A stretch of DNA of 64,000 nt from an uncultured cyanobacterium (GCA_963703315.1 OY969811.1:4320001-4384000), one strand, 5' to 3'. Shown: positions 30,027 to 40,849, counted from the first letter of the stretch. A program made the numbers and translations. Notes: a model not told the origin generated them from the sequence alone.

Positions 30027-30884
30027 ATGAGTAGCGATCGCCGTTTAAAAGTTCTCTGTTTGCATGGACATCCCGGTAATAGCGAGGCAATGCAGATATT
30101 TGGACAACATTTTCAGGAGCAAGGAATAAAGGTAATTGCGCCAGATTTGCGCGGTTATGGAAATTGTCAGGCTAGCTCTAGCTTCACCATGTTGGATCAT
30201 ATAGAGGATCTCTGGGATTTATTGATGCGCGATCGCCAGTTAGAGCCAGATAGTGAATATTTAATTTTGGGATGGTCTTTGGGTGGAATTTTAGCGATCG
30301 AGTTGGCTCTGCGTATTTTTGAGGCACAAAATTTGCGATCGGTAAATAATCCTAGTCCGAAAATTATTGGCTTGATTTTAATTGCAACTGCCGCTAAGCC
30401 TCGCAGCAGTTTACCGAAAATTGCTTGGTGGGAATATCTCAATTTGGCGATCGCCGTAATTCTCCATTTACTCTTGTCCAAAATTGCCCCAAAAACCCGT
30501 TGGCATATTGATTGGTTTGGTAAGCGATCGCTGATCAAATATTTAATCCAGCAGCATACTCAGACTGCTTACGATCAAATTTCGACTACGGGGGCAAAAG
30601 CCTATTTACAAACTTCGCGCTATGCTCAAATCGCCTTAATCCAAGCCCTCAGACAAGGCTACGATCGCACCGCCGATTTAGCCAAAATTCAAATTCCTTG
30701 CTTAGCGATCGCCGCCGAGCAAGATCGCCATATTACGGCGGCGGCAACGGCGGAAACAGCTAAATTATTACCAAATTGCGAATTTATTTGTTACCCCAAT
30801 ACTGCCCATTTATTGCCTTGGGAAATTGGCGATCGCCTGCTAGCAGATATTGATGCATGGTGCAAAGTGTCATTTTCATTGTGA
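30027..30884 (+). CDS. Alpha/beta hydrolase
   Basis: LHGHPG, APDLRGYG, nucleophile GWSLGG, D and H triad positions. Confidence 0.9.
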   Translation: MSSDRRLKVLCLHGHPGNSEAMQIFGQHFQEQGIKVIAPDLRGYGNCQASSSFTMLDHIEDLWDLLMRDRQLEPDSEYLILGWSLGGILAIELALRIFEAQNLRSVNNPSPKIIGLILIATAAKPRSSLPKIAWWEYLNLAIAVILHLLLSKIAPKTRWHIDWFGKRSLIKYLIQQHTQTAYDQISTTGAKAYLQTSRYAQIALIQALRQGYDRTADLAKIQIPCLAIAAEQDRHITAAATAETAKLLPNCEFICYPNTAHLLPWEIGDRLLADIDAWCKVSFSL

Positions 30885-30899
30885 AAATGACACTTTGCA
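30861..30899. repeat. Perfect palindrome with its left arm inside the hydrolase coding end
   Basis: TGCAAAGTGTCATTTTCA ttg TGAAAATGACACTTTGCA. Confidence 0.85.
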
Positions 30900-30956
30900 T
30901 TACTTTCATTGTGATAATTTAAATCTATTGGCTTGCTTCAACATCTATAACAACCT

Positions 30957-33251
30957 ATGTTTCCCCAAAAATTTCTGACGAGAATGGCACAGATCCATCA
31001 GCTTTCTGCCGATCAGGAAAGTGTATTTCTCTTACGGTTTGGGGAAGATCGCGAAGATCGTGAAGTGGCAAGCTTTCTAGGGATTTCTGAAGAAGCCTAT
31101 CGCAAGCGGATGGGCGAAATTTATCGCAAGTTTGATATTAGTGGCAAAGGTCCGGGGAAAAACAACCGCCTCTTGCATATTTTACAAAATTACTTAGATG
31201 CGGAAACCACTTCCCAGAACGACCAGAACCTGACAAATCCATCATCTAGTGTCAAAATTGCTGACTCAAATATCGATATTGAGGAACTCGTCCAGCAATT
31301 ACGTTACCGCAGCCGCCAAGTCATTCAAGAACGTTGCGCCACAATGCGAGTCTTGGATATGTCGCATCCTATCGGTTTAGAAGAAATCTATACAGGAACC
31401 GATGTCTTAGAAAAAATTACTAGCCGTCGTCGTTTGGGAATTGCCGATCTATTGGCTACCTATCACGGGCGCGATCGCCTCGGCACATCAGCGATCGATG
31501 AAAGCCGCGTTTCGAGTATGGATGCGCTTAGCCGTTATAGCAAATTAATGTTGCTAGGCAAACCAGGGGCAGGTAAAACCACATTATTGAAATATACAGC
31601 CCTAAAATGCTCTCAGGGAGATATTTTTAGTGAGTTAGTGCCAGTTTTTGTGACCTTGCGACAATATGCGGGGGCAGAAGCTCAACCAAATCTCTTAGAT
31701 TATATTTCTCAAGACTTTCGCGCCTATAGCATTGGTGATGAACTAACGGTCAAACAACTGCTCCATCATGGTCGCGCCATTCTATTTCTCGATGGACTGG
31801 ATGAAGTTCGGGAAGATGATTTGCATCGCGTACTGGAAGATTTAAGAAGTTTTTCTGAGCAGTACTATAAAAATCGCTTTGTGATTACCAGTCGCTTGGG
31901 AGCGCAGGAATATGTGTTTGAGAAATTTACGGAAGTTGAGGTAGCGAACTTCCAGCCCTTGCAGATTTCCCATTTTGCTCAGCGTTGGTTTATTGGTAAT
32001 TCCCAACATATTGAGCTTTTCCTGCGAAAAGTAGAAGATAATCGCCCAATTTATGAATTAGCTACCAATCCTTTACTACTCACCTTACTCTGTTTAGTTT
32101 TTGATGAGTATGGCGATTTCCCAACCAATCGTTCCGAACTATATCGCGAAGGCTTAGATGTGCTGCTCAAAAAATGGGATGCGAAGCGCAATATTGAGCG
32201 TCATCAAATTTATAAGAATTTATCGATGCAGCGTAAAGAGGATTTGCTAGCACAGGTAGCTTGTACGACTTTTCATCAAGGAGATTACTTCTTTCGCCAA
32301 GTTGATCTGGAGCGCTATATCGCCGACTACATTCGCAATCTTCCTAAAGCCCATACCGATGAGGATGCGTTGCAACTGGATAGTGAGGCAATTATTAAGG
32401 CGATCGAATCACAACATGGTTTATTTGTAGAACGTGCTAAGGGGATTTATTCTTTTTCCCATTTAACTTTTCAAGAATATTTAGCTGCCCGTGAGCTTGT
32501 TTACAATGGTAACCAAGATACGCTAGCTCTACTGGCTAATAAGATTACCGATCATCGTTGGCATGATATTTTGCGCCTTGCGGTGGGCATGATGCGATCG
32601 GCTGACGAGTTATTACAATTAATGAAATCTCAATGCGATCGCCTGTTAGCGAGCGATCGCCAATTACAAAATTTGTTGCAATGGGTCAAGCAAAAAGCAG
32701 AATCAGCACAAGTCAGCGATCGCATTCAATCAGTGCGTGCTTTTTATCTAACTCTGGGTCGGGCGATCGCCCAAAGTGACCCACTGAATTTGGCAAATGT
32801 GCTAGCGCGTAGTCTCGTCCTTGATCTGGATCTGTGCCAAAATCGCAATCTCAATCTTGATCTTGCTTTCGATCTTGCCCGTGCGTTAGAAACTAGAGAT
32901 GGTGAAGATCTCGGTCTTGATCTGGAACTTGATCTTAGTCTGGCTTTGGAATATGCTCAAGAAATGTCTGATTCTAGTTTGGCTAATGCTTTAACAGAAT
33001 TAATTAGTACCTGTCCTGAAGATGCCGACAGCGATATCAAATGGCAATATTGGGCGAATGATCTCCGTCAACAGGCGATCAATCATCGTAATATCGGTCA
33101 AATCTGGGATCTTACACCAGCGCAATTAGAACTACTACGTCAATACTGCATTGCGAATCGCCTTTTAGTAGAATGTCTTGAAAGTGATTGCTATGTGCAT
33201 CAATCCATCAGACAGGCGATCGAGCAAAGCTTGCTATTACCCACTGCCTGA
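30957..33251 (+). CDS. NACHT NTPase with N-terminal HTH and C-terminal helical domain
   Basis: GKPGAGKT, LFLDGLDE, NPLLLTL, FSHLTFQEYL; C-terminal HRNIG...Y..AN.LLVECL. Confidence 0.9.
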   Translation: MFPQKFLTRMAQIHQLSADQESVFLLRFGEDREDREVASFLGISEEAYRKRMGEIYRKFDISGKGPGKNNRLLHILQNYLDAETTSQNDQNLTNPSSSVKIADSNIDIEELVQQLRYRSRQVIQERCATMRVLDMSHPIGLEEIYTGTDVLEKITSRRRLGIADLLATYHGRDRLGTSAIDESRVSSMDALSRYSKLMLLGKPGAGKTTLLKYTALKCSQGDIFSELVPVFVTLRQYAGAEAQPNLLDYISQDFRAYSIGDELTVKQLLHHGRAILFLDGLDEVREDDLHRVLEDLRSFSEQYYKNRFVITSRLGAQEYVFEKFTEVEVANFQPLQISHFAQRWFIGNSQHIELFLRKVEDNRPIYELATNPLLLTLLCLVFDEYGDFPTNRSELYREGLDVLLKKWDAKRNIERHQIYKNLSMQRKEDLLAQVACTTFHQGDYFFRQVDLERYIADYIRNLPKAHTDEDALQLDSEAIIKAIESQHGLFVERAKGIYSFSHLTFQEYLAARELVYNGNQDTLALLANKITDHRWHDILRLAVGMMRSADELLQLMKSQCDRLLASDRQLQNLLQWVKQKAESAQVSDRIQSVRAFYLTLGRAIAQSDPLNLANVLARSLVLDLDLCQNRNLNLDLAFDLARALETRDGEDLGLDLELDLSLALEYAQEMSDSSLANALTELISTCPEDADSDIKWQYWANDLRQQAINHRNIGQIWDLTPAQLELLRQYCIANRLLVECLESDCYVHQSIRQAIEQSLLLPTA

Positions 33252-33284
33252 TAAATTCCTTAGAAGTGTTGCTTTGCAAAACTT

Positions 33285-33860
33285 CTAAGGTCGTAAAATT
33301 TGTGCAGCAGTCAATTTGAGAATGCTAAATATTACAGACTTAATCTCTTGATCTGCCTCATATACCTGTTCCTCATACAAACCATCCACCCACTCTAATA
33401 CCGTCACTTTCGCCAAAATTGGATCAACAATCCAATATTCTGTGATTCCCCTTGCTGCATATTCCGATCGCTTATGGCGATAATCACGACTACTTTGATT
33501 GGGGCTAACGACTTCAACTACTAACAATGGTGTCGGCATCTCTGCCATGATTGTTGATCTTTTAGCGCCTTCCATTGCGATCGCCAAATCCTCTGAAAAT
33601 ACCACTAAGTCGGGAACCCGCACCCGTGAACCAGTGGTGACAATTTCCGTTTTCATCGATAACCGATAGGCAGGAACTCCTTGTTGCAGAAAACAAGCAA
33701 ACAGAAAAGAAGCAATTCTACGATTAATTTCACTTTCAGCCGTCATTACGATCAATTCTCCATCTTCAAGCTCATACATAGCATCAGTGCCATCGTCATA
33801 GTTAAAGAATTCCTCAAGAGTCATGGTCGAAGATGGAGCTTTTTCTAAGGCGATCGTCAT
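33285..33860 (-). CDS. Uma2-family endonuclease
   Basis: YELEDGEL, RVPDL, VVEVVSP...DY..KR.EY...GI.EYWIVDP. Confidence 0.9.
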   Translation of the reverse strand: MTIALEKAPSSTMTLEEFFNYDDGTDAMYELEDGELIVMTAESEINRRIASFLFACFLQQGVPAYRLSMKTEIVTTGSRVRVPDLVVFSEDLAIAMEGAKRSTIMAEMPTPLLVVEVVSPNQSSRDYRHKRSEYAARGITEYWIVDPILAKVTVLEWVDGLYEEQVYEADQEIKSVIFSILKLTAAQILRP

Positions 33861-33941
33861 GGTTCTCACCTGCCATTCACAAAATTATTCGGCTCCCCTA
33901 ATTATCTCCTAAAAAAAGAAGCGGCATTGCCGCTTCTTTTT

Positions 33942-35024
33942 TTAGATTGCTGCTAACAGCGCTTCTCCCATCGCGATGCATCCTAACCTTTCGCAACCGT
34001 CAGCCATGATGTCGCCAGTACGTTTGCCAGAGTCGAGAACTTTATTGACCGCCGCCTCGATTGCATCAGCCGCCGCCCCTTCATTAAAGGCGTAGCGCAA
34101 CATCATCGCCGCACTCAATACTTGAGCTAAGGGATTCGCCAAATCTTTACCTGCAATGTCAGGAGCCGAACCATGTACAGGCTCAAATACCCCCGGTTTT
34201 CCTGTCTCACCGAGGCTAGCTGATGGCAACATCCCAATGCTACCCGTGAGCATAGCGGCGGCATCGGAGAGAATATCACCAAATAGATTACTGGTGAGAA
34301 TCACATCAAACTGTTTAGGATTGCGGATAATTTGCATTGTCGCATTATCCACATACATATGCGAGAGCTTCACATCAGGATATGCACTAGCAATTGCGGT
34401 CACCCGCTCACGCCAGAGTTGGGACACATCCAACACATTGGATTTATCAACAGAAACGACTGAACCACGACGTTTTTGAGCAGCTTCAAAACCAACCTTA
34501 GCAATGCGATCGATCTCTGGCTCTGTATAAACCATCGTATTAAAACCACGACGCACTCCATTCTCATCCGCAACGATTCCCTTGGGCTTACCGAAATAAA
34601 TACCGCCCGTGAGTTCGCGCACTACTAAAATATCTACACCTTCAACCACTTCACGCTTCAATGTCGATGCATCAATTAACTGTGGCAAAATCTGAGCAGG
34701 ACGTAAATTGGCGAATAGTTCCATACCGCCGCGCAAACCGAGTAATGCTTGCTCAGGGCGCAGATTTGATGGCAATGTATCCCACTTCTCGCCACCCACA
34801 GCCGCTAGTAATACCGCATCACTACTTTTACATAATTGCAAAGTTTCATCGGGTAAAGGATGTCCCGTTGCATCGATCGCCGCACCACCAACTAAGGCAG
34901 TCTCAAAGGCAAAGGTAATATTAAATTTGGGGGCGATCGCCTGTAGCACTGCCACAGCCACCTTCATAATTTCGGGACCAATGCCATCACCGGGGAGGAG
35001 CGTAATTTTATAATTTTTAGACAT
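33942..35024 (-). CDS. leuB: 3-isopropylmalate dehydrogenase
   Basis: [40 protein letters not shown]. Confidence 0.97.
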   Translation of the reverse strand: MSKNYKITLLPGDGIGPEIMKVAVAVLQAIAPKFNITFAFETALVGGAAIDATGHPLPDETLQLCKSSDAVLLAAVGGEKWDTLPSNLRPEQALLGLRGGMELFANLRPAQILPQLIDASTLKREVVEGVDILVVRELTGGIYFGKPKGIVADENGVRRGFNTMVYTEPEIDRIAKVGFEAAQKRRGSVVSVDKSNVLDVSQLWRERVTAIASAYPDVKLSHMYVDNATMQIIRNPKQFDVILTSNLFGDILSDAAAMLTGSIGMLPSASLGETGKPGVFEPVHGSAPDIAGKDLANPLAQVLSAAMMLRYAFNEGAAADAIEAAVNKVLDSGKRTGDIMADGCERLGCIAMGEALLAAI

Positions 35025-35096
35025 TACAACAAAGTATCAAGACAGATTTCTTAAAATACCATTTTCGGTTTACCGATCAGGATTATGTGATTTAAC

Positions 35097-35151
35097 AAAG
35101 AAGCAGATTTTTGTGGCGCGGCAAAGCCGCGCCACAAAAATCTGCTTCTTT
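35097..35151. repeat. Perfect hairpin related to the copy at 52612-52664
   Basis: AAAGAAGCAGATTTTTGTGGCGCGGC aaa GCCGCGCCACAAAAATCTGCTTCTTT. Confidence 0.85.
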
Positions 35152-35261
35152 ATATAATTTAAGTAACCATCATTAGGATTTTTTCCAATGATATCAGCAC
35201 CTATGCAAGCACCGAATCCAGTATCTAACCCCACTGCGATCGCTAGGTATTGAACCAAACG

Positions 35262-35308
35262 CCTAAAAAAAGAAGGGAGGCGCAATGCGCCTCCCTTCTT
35301 TTTTTAGG
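35262..35308. terminator. Hairpin terminator downstream of the DUF4912 gene
   Basis: CCTAAAAAAAGAAGGGAGGCGC aat GCGCCTCCCTTCTTTTTTTAGG. Confidence 0.75.
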
Positions 35309-35312
35309 ATTT

Positions 35313-36593
35313 TTAGCTAATCCATTCAGGAATTGCTTCTTCCTTCGTATTTGTGCGCCGCTCAAGGGTTTGACGCTCAAATTTCATGTGGATAGCGCGA
35401 TTTTGTTCGCCATCCGCCGCCACTGCAAAGATGGGGTAATCTTGGATGCCATCTTGGAAAGAAGTATGGAAACGGAATGTACCGTCAGCATTAAGCTTGA
35501 TCGGACGACCACCAATGGTAACAGAGGCATCAGGCTCAGTTGCACCATAGACAATCAACTCAGCATCGGCAACTAACCAGAACTGACGAGGACGAATTGG
35601 GGTTTCGCTAGAGAAGAAGCTGTAGCTGGACTCCATGCCAATGCCAGAGTAGTTGATGCCGCTAGCACTGATTGCTCCTGCTGCACCTGCAAATAGACCT
35701 GCGCCAGAGGGGAAAATGTAGGAGCTAATTGACTCAGGAGCCATGCCGATTCCTGATTCATGCTGCATAGAGCCGTAGAGAGAACCAGAGATGCGCTGAA
35801 TTTCGGCTTCGCGAGCGATGTTGAAGATTTCGTCGTAGGAATCATCGCTGGTAGCTTGTTCTTCAGGAGCAGGTGCGGCTTTCTTGGCAGGAGGAACCAA
35901 GGTGAAGAAGGTCTGACCCTTGAGCGTTTGATCCCAAGGTACGGTAATAAAGTTATCTTCTACCCATTCCGAAGGAAATACGGGGGGAACATGGACTACT
36001 TTAGAACGAGCTAGCACTAACCAACGACCATCAGCACACCGATAGCCCAATTCCGCTACATAGTCGCGATCGCTAATGGGGATTGGCAAATACCATTCAC
36101 GGGCGAGTTCATCACTGTTGTACTCCTGCAAGTTATTAGGAGTTTGATAGTCTAAATTAACATCGGTGGCATCGTACAAACGTAACGCCAACTGTTGCCC
36201 ACCTTGACGGCGCAACTCTTCTTTATGAGAGTTAGGGATATCCCAGTAAACATAAGCCCATTGGGGATCGCGAGGTAATAGCACAATGCGGCTTTCACCA
36301 TAACCAGTGGGCAAATCGCCAATGCTCTTGTCAATGGCAGCAAGTGCTTCTAGGTTTTCTTCGGTCTCTTCACTACCTAAATCAAACTTTGATGCTTCCA
36401 CGATTTCTTGTGTCTCCGAGTTACTACGATCTACTTGAGTTGAGGCTGCACCTTGAGCCGTAAGAATAGTTTGGATATCAGCAAGTAATTGAGATTTTCG
36501 CATTCGACTATAACGAGAAATCTCTAGCTCTGCTGCTACTTTGCGAAGTTGACGCAAGGTCATATCTTCTAGGGGAGGACGTTCCCTCGCCAT
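35313..36593 (-). CDS. DUF4912 protein with N-terminal Rho-N domain
   Basis: MTLRQLRKVA...YSRMRK..L, LLPRDPQWAYVYW, FWLVADAELIVYGATE. Confidence 0.9.
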   Translation of the reverse strand: MARERPPLEDMTLRQLRKVAAELEISRYSRMRKSQLLADIQTILTAQGAASTQVDRSNSETQEIVEASKFDLGSEETEENLEALAAIDKSIGDLPTGYGESRIVLLPRDPQWAYVYWDIPNSHKEELRRQGGQQLALRLYDATDVNLDYQTPNNLQEYNSDELAREWYLPIPISDRDYVAELGYRCADGRWLVLARSKVVHVPPVFPSEWVEDNFITVPWDQTLKGQTFFTLVPPAKKAAPAPEEQATSDDSYDEIFNIAREAEIQRISGSLYGSMQHESGIGMAPESISSYIFPSGAGLFAGAAGAISASGINYSGIGMESSYSFFSSETPIRPRQFWLVADAELIVYGATEPDASVTIGGRPIKLNADGTFRFHTSFQDGIQDYPIFAVAADGEQNRAIHMKFERQTLERRTNTKEEAIPEWIS

Positions 36594-36631
36594 ACAATTA
36601 ACCTCCAACTTTGAATCATGTCTATCTTAGG

Positions 36632-36734
36632 TAAGTACCTCAGCTTAATTAAAAACAGGGCTAAAACCAATGTGCCACGCTGTGTGTGCGCCACAGATTT
36701 TAGGATTTCATATTTAATTAAGCTTACCTACTTA
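36632..36734. mobile_element. ~103-bp MITE-like element (second family; inverted relative of 40949-41052)
   Basis: TAAGTA...GCTTAATTAAA...TTTAATTAAGC...TACTTA with a decayed TGTGGCGCAC hairpin. Confidence 0.7.
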
Positions 36735-36922
36735 TTTAGTTATGTCTAACTAAGAATATGGTCTGTAGCTAAATACATTCTGCCAAATTTTTACAGATGG
36801 TCAATGGCTAAAAGGGTTATCTTCTATTGGTTTAGGAGTATTTATATTCCTTTGCCAGTACAAATACTCAGCCAAAACCAACTACCTGTCATTATTGTGG
36901 CGATTACCTCGATGATTTTGAC

Positions 36923-36964
36923 AGGGGATCGTAATGTCATGATTTCATAACATTACGATCCCCT
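36923..36964. repeat. 20-bp inverted repeat (1 mismatch) upstream of psb27
   Basis: AGGGGATCGTAATGTCATGA tt TCATAACATTACGATCCCCT. Confidence 0.75.
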
Positions 36965-37031
36965 CCTTTGGATACTAGGGGAGGTTGTCCCAAAAGCCAT
37001 AAGATTAGAGGGACAACGAATATGTATTTTT

Positions 37032-37559
37032 ATGAATATGAAGGCAAAATACGGGTCTTTATTGAAATCTTTAAATAAGTCTTTTAAGGGTTCTTGGCAG
37101 AGCCTCTACCGTTCAGCGATCGCTTTGACACTAGTAGCATTGATGGTAGTGGGTAGCTTTGTACCAGCCGCAAATGCAGCCTTGTTTACAAGAACGGGTG
37201 ATACATTAACCACCAAGGAAATTCAAACCCTCGTGAATGCAGGGCTGACAGGTAACTACAGTGCAGACACAACTGATACGATCGCTACTTTGCGTGCAGC
37301 AGTGAATTTGCCTGAAAATGCGGAAAACCGTGCGGCGGTGAAAACATCAGCTAGATATAAGATTAATGCTTATGTATCGCGTTATCGTGCTGATCGTGAA
37401 AAAAGTGGCTTGTATTCCTATACCACGATGTTAACTGCCCTCAATACGCTGGCAGGATATTACAACGGTTCGACCAAAAAAGCCGTTCCTGAAAAAGTGC
37501 GCGCTCGCCTATTACAAGAGTTTGACCGTGCTGAAGCAGCACTTGCTCAAGGTCGTTAA
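37032..37559 (+). CDS. psb27: Photosystem II assembly protein Psb27
   Basis: LTGNYSADT, INAYVSRYR, SYTTMLTALNTLAGYY, RLLQEF.RAE.AL. Confidence 0.9.
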   Translation: MNMKAKYGSLLKSLNKSFKGSWQSLYRSAIALTLVALMVVGSFVPAANAALFTRTGDTLTTKEIQTLVNAGLTGNYSADTTDTIATLRAAVNLPENAENRAAVKTSARYKINAYVSRYRADREKSGLYSYTTMLTALNTLAGYYNGSTKKAVPEKVRARLLQEFDRAEAALAQGR

Positions 37560-37669
37560 TTGGTATTTTTAAAGAAACTTATGTATAACCCTGTGACGCA
37601 CGTGCAGCGTGCGCCACAGGGTTTAGTAGTTTCCTTAAAGGATTAAATGAGCTTTGAGGATGGCAAACA

Positions 37670-38944
37670 GTGGCGACAGCATTGGCAACGATATATGAGG
37701 CATTGCACCAAGATGGACAAACTCACGAGTTTGTTGAAGAGTTGCACCAAACCGATGCGAAAGAATTTTGGTATCGGACGATTGCGGTGCTTCAGCAATT
37801 TTCGATGCAAATGCCATTTAAAGGTTTATTGCTAACGCATCATCCTTATATTTTTGCAAACTCGGCATTTCGACAAACTAATTTACAAACTTGGGTCTTT
37901 ACCACTAGTAAATCTTCGCTATTTCCCACAGGGACTTTACCGATTGGCGATACACAGGTTGTCACGATCGCGAAGTCCGATCTGCTTAATCAAGAATGGT
38001 TTTGTATTTTAGTAACTGAGACCTTCAGTGCTTTAGTCGTCTCTTCCTCACAAAGTCATAGCTGTCTGTGGTCGTTGCATCCTCAAGCAATTGAAATGGC
38101 GATCGCCACTTTATTGCCGCGTATCCGTCGCCCTGAGCAACAAGATATCTTCCAAACTCAACTCAAGTATGTTCCGCAAACACTGCCTTCCTATCAGCTC
38201 ATGGCAAGGTTCGGCACAATTTTAATGGCACAAAGTTCCATGCATCAGGAGCTACCAATTCCCGAAATTCAAGAAGTGGATATTATCAAAGCGATTACCC
38301 ATGAGGTGCGGACTCCACTGACCACGATCAGAATGTTAGTGCGATCGCTCAAACGCCGCAAAGATGTAACCACAGAAGTTAAAACACGATTAGATAAAGT
38401 CGATGCTGAATGTACGGAACAGATCGAAAGATTTAATTTAATTTTTGAAGCAGCCCAACTCGATAGTTATCCAATTCTCTTAGAAGCAACTCAAATCGAA
38501 GATATTCTCAGTGATGGGTTTATGCGTTGGCAGGAACACGCAGGACGGCGACAAATCTCCTTAGAAATGATTTTGCCAACGGAGATTCCTGCCATTTCGA
38601 GTAATGCCTTACTTCTATCTCAAGTTCTCAATGGTCTAGTCGATCGCCTTGTCCGTAGTTTTCCCCCTGATAGTCATATCCAATTGATTCTCACCAGTGC
38701 AGGGGAATATCTCAAATTACAATTTCAATCACAAGTAACGCGACAAGGTGGTGGTGATTTGCCATTGCTCAAAGCCGTAGGACAATGGCTGATGCTCCAA
38801 CCTGAAACTGGAACATTAAGCCTGAGTTTACCCACAACCAAGACTCTGCTCAAGGCTCTAGGCGGCAAGCTCACCGTGAGAATGCATTCATCAAGCGCTG
38901 CCTACGACGGTGAGATTTTGACTATATTTTTACCATTCATTTAA
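37670..38944 (+). CDS. Soluble histidine kinase with atypical ATPase domain (Hik34-like)
   Basis: HEVRTPLTTIR H-box; C-terminal GQWLMLQPETG.LSLSL..TK.L..ALGG without canonical G boxes. Confidence 0.75.
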   Translation: MATALATIYEALHQDGQTHEFVEELHQTDAKEFWYRTIAVLQQFSMQMPFKGLLLTHHPYIFANSAFRQTNLQTWVFTTSKSSLFPTGTLPIGDTQVVTIAKSDLLNQEWFCILVTETFSALVVSSSQSHSCLWSLHPQAIEMAIATLLPRIRRPEQQDIFQTQLKYVPQTLPSYQLMARFGTILMAQSSMHQELPIPEIQEVDIIKAITHEVRTPLTTIRMLVRSLKRRKDVTTEVKTRLDKVDAECTEQIERFNLIFEAAQLDSYPILLEATQIEDILSDGFMRWQEHAGRRQISLEMILPTEIPAISSNALLLSQVLNGLVDRLVRSFPPDSHIQLILTSAGEYLKLQFQSQVTRQGGGDLPLLKAVGQWLMLQPETGTLSLSLPTTKTLLKALGGKLTVRMHSSSAAYDGEILTIFLPFI

Positions 38945-39026
38945 AGATAGGCGGCGCATTGCGCCGCCTATCTGTTCTAGTAATGCTATATGTTAAATTT
39001 AAGTTGACGTGTTTAGCGGAGTTATC

Positions 39027-39914
39027 ATGGAAAGCACTCAAGTACTGGTAAAGCCTAATACAGCTTCAGATACTCCTATTCATGTTTCTAAGCTTAGCTT
39101 ACCCGATCATACGCAATTACCAGAATCTGACGGAACTTTTGTGAAGAATTTTCAGGAACATCCACAAAGCCTTGTGTTAACCAGTTCCATTGAGCCAGTC
39201 TTACAAAAATTACATCCCAATGGTGATTACTGTATTGGTCAGGATAGTGGCATTTATTGGCATTTAACTGAGCCACCTGAAAAAGGAGCCGAAGCACCAG
39301 ATTGGTTTTATGTGCCGAATGTATCGCCATTAATCAATGGAGAATATCGTCGTTCCTATGTTATGTGGAAAGAGATTGTCGCTCCCTTGATTGCGATCGA
39401 GTTTGTCTCTGGCAATGGTGCAGAAGAGAGGGATGCTTCACCTCCCAGTGACACGCAAAAAGCTGGCAAATTCTGGGTTTATGAATGCGCGGTTCGCATT
39501 CCCTTCTATGCCATCTATGAAGTCAGAAAAGCTTCTGTAGAGGTGTATCATCTGATTGAAGGGCATTATGAACGGATGCAACCAAACGATCGCGGACATT
39601 ATCCGATCGCGCCAATGGGTGTAGAGATTGGCATTAGGGAAGATGGCTCAATCCCTTGGTTGCGCTGGTGGGATGCGGCTGGTAATTTGTTGCTCACGGG
39701 CGATGAACGCGCGATCGCTGAAAAACAAGCGCGATTGCAAGCTGAAATTGCTCAACAACAGGCAGAAATTGCTCAGGAACAAGCTGAGCAAGCGAGGTTA
39801 CAAGCTGAGATTGCTCAACAACAGGCGGAACAGGGACAGTTACAAGCTGAACAAAAAGCCCAGAGACTTGCCGAAAGGCTAAGAGCATTGGGCATTGATC
39901 CAGAAGAAATGTAA
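39027..39914 (+). CDS. Uma2-family endonuclease with heptad-repeat tail
   Basis: LPESDGTFVKNFQE, EAPDWFYV, IEFVS, WLRWWD; QARLQAEIAQQQAE twice (39726-39767, 39789-39830). Confidence 0.9.
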   Translation: MESTQVLVKPNTASDTPIHVSKLSLPDHTQLPESDGTFVKNFQEHPQSLVLTSSIEPVLQKLHPNGDYCIGQDSGIYWHLTEPPEKGAEAPDWFYVPNVSPLINGEYRRSYVMWKEIVAPLIAIEFVSGNGAEERDASPPSDTQKAGKFWVYECAVRIPFYAIYEVRKASVEVYHLIEGHYERMQPNDRGHYPIAPMGVEIGIREDGSIPWLRWWDAAGNLLLTGDERAIAEKQARLQAEIAQQQAEIAQEQAEQARLQAEIAQQQAEQGQLQAEQKAQRLAERLRALGIDPEEM

Positions 39915-39918
39915 CTAG

Positions 39919-40818
39919 TTATCGGCTATAGCTTAAAGTTCCTTGTGCTGCATCAATTTCCGCAGAGATGCCCACAGGTAAAGGCGCATTTTCACCATCA
40001 TGCCCGAAAGGTAAATTAATCACGATGGGAATACCTAAATCCGATAGGCGATCGCGCCATACTTCTATCATGGCAAAACTGGGAGTTGAGACTTCAGCTT
40101 GACTAAACCGCCCGATCGCGATGCCTTTTAGTTTTTGTAGATATCCCGACCAGCGCCAATGGGTTAACATCCGATCAACGCGGTAGGGTGCTTCACCCAC
40201 ATCTTCGAGCGCTAAAATCACGTTTTCTAAATCAGGACAGATAGCTGTACCAATGCTATGGGTAGCGAGGGTGAGATTTGCTGGTAAGAGAATTCCTGTG
40301 GCTTGACCATTGCCCCATCCTTCACCCGATAATGTGATTGAGTTAACTTTCCCCTCTAACCAATCAAATAATTGCTGCTGCGATCGCTCTGGTTCATTGC
40401 CTAATGTCGTTAAAACTGGTGCGTGTAAGCCGCCCATACCTTTATGTTTTGCTAATCCCCATAGTAGAGCCGTGATATCCGAGAAGCCAATTAACCATTT
40501 AGGGCGATCGCGAAGTTGTGACCAATCTAGTTTTTCTAGTAAACGGGTTGAGCCATAACCACCCCTTGCACAGGCGATCGCTACGGATTCAGGATCATTC
40601 CATGCCTCGATCAATTGTTGACAGCGCTGCTCATCGGTTCCTGCCAGATAGCCCCAAGGTTGACTAAGATCATCGGGAATTACTAAGTCATAACCGCGAT
40701 CGCGCCAGATCTTGACACCTTGTTCAAAGCGCTCCCATTCCCGCAATGCACCACTAGGGGCGATTACTCGCACTTTTTGTGATGGCGAGATGATCTGAGG
40801 AAATTGTGTTGGTTGCAT
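39919..40818 (-). CDS. ldcA: LD-carboxypeptidase (S66)
   Basis: RGGYG, GFSDIT, LEDVGE, PFGH. Confidence 0.9.
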   Translation of the reverse strand: MQPTQFPQIISPSQKVRVIAPSGALREWERFEQGVKIWRDRGYDLVIPDDLSQPWGYLAGTDEQRCQQLIEAWNDPESVAIACARGGYGSTRLLEKLDWSQLRDRPKWLIGFSDITALLWGLAKHKGMGGLHAPVLTTLGNEPERSQQQLFDWLEGKVNSITLSGEGWGNGQATGILLPANLTLATHSIGTAICPDLENVILALEDVGEAPYRVDRMLTHWRWSGYLQKLKGIAIGRFSQAEVSTPSFAMIEVWRDRLSDLGIPIVINLPFGHDGENAPLPVGISAEIDAAQGTLSYSR

Positions 40819-40849
40819 ATATGCTTTGGCTAATGCTTGATTTCACAGG

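Noticed and set aside
29842..30090. 82-aa ORF and similar small ORFs over hairpins (35070-35285, 20628-21038), plus antisense ORFs within genes
   Set aside because: They overlap repeats or established genes and show no recognisable motifs.
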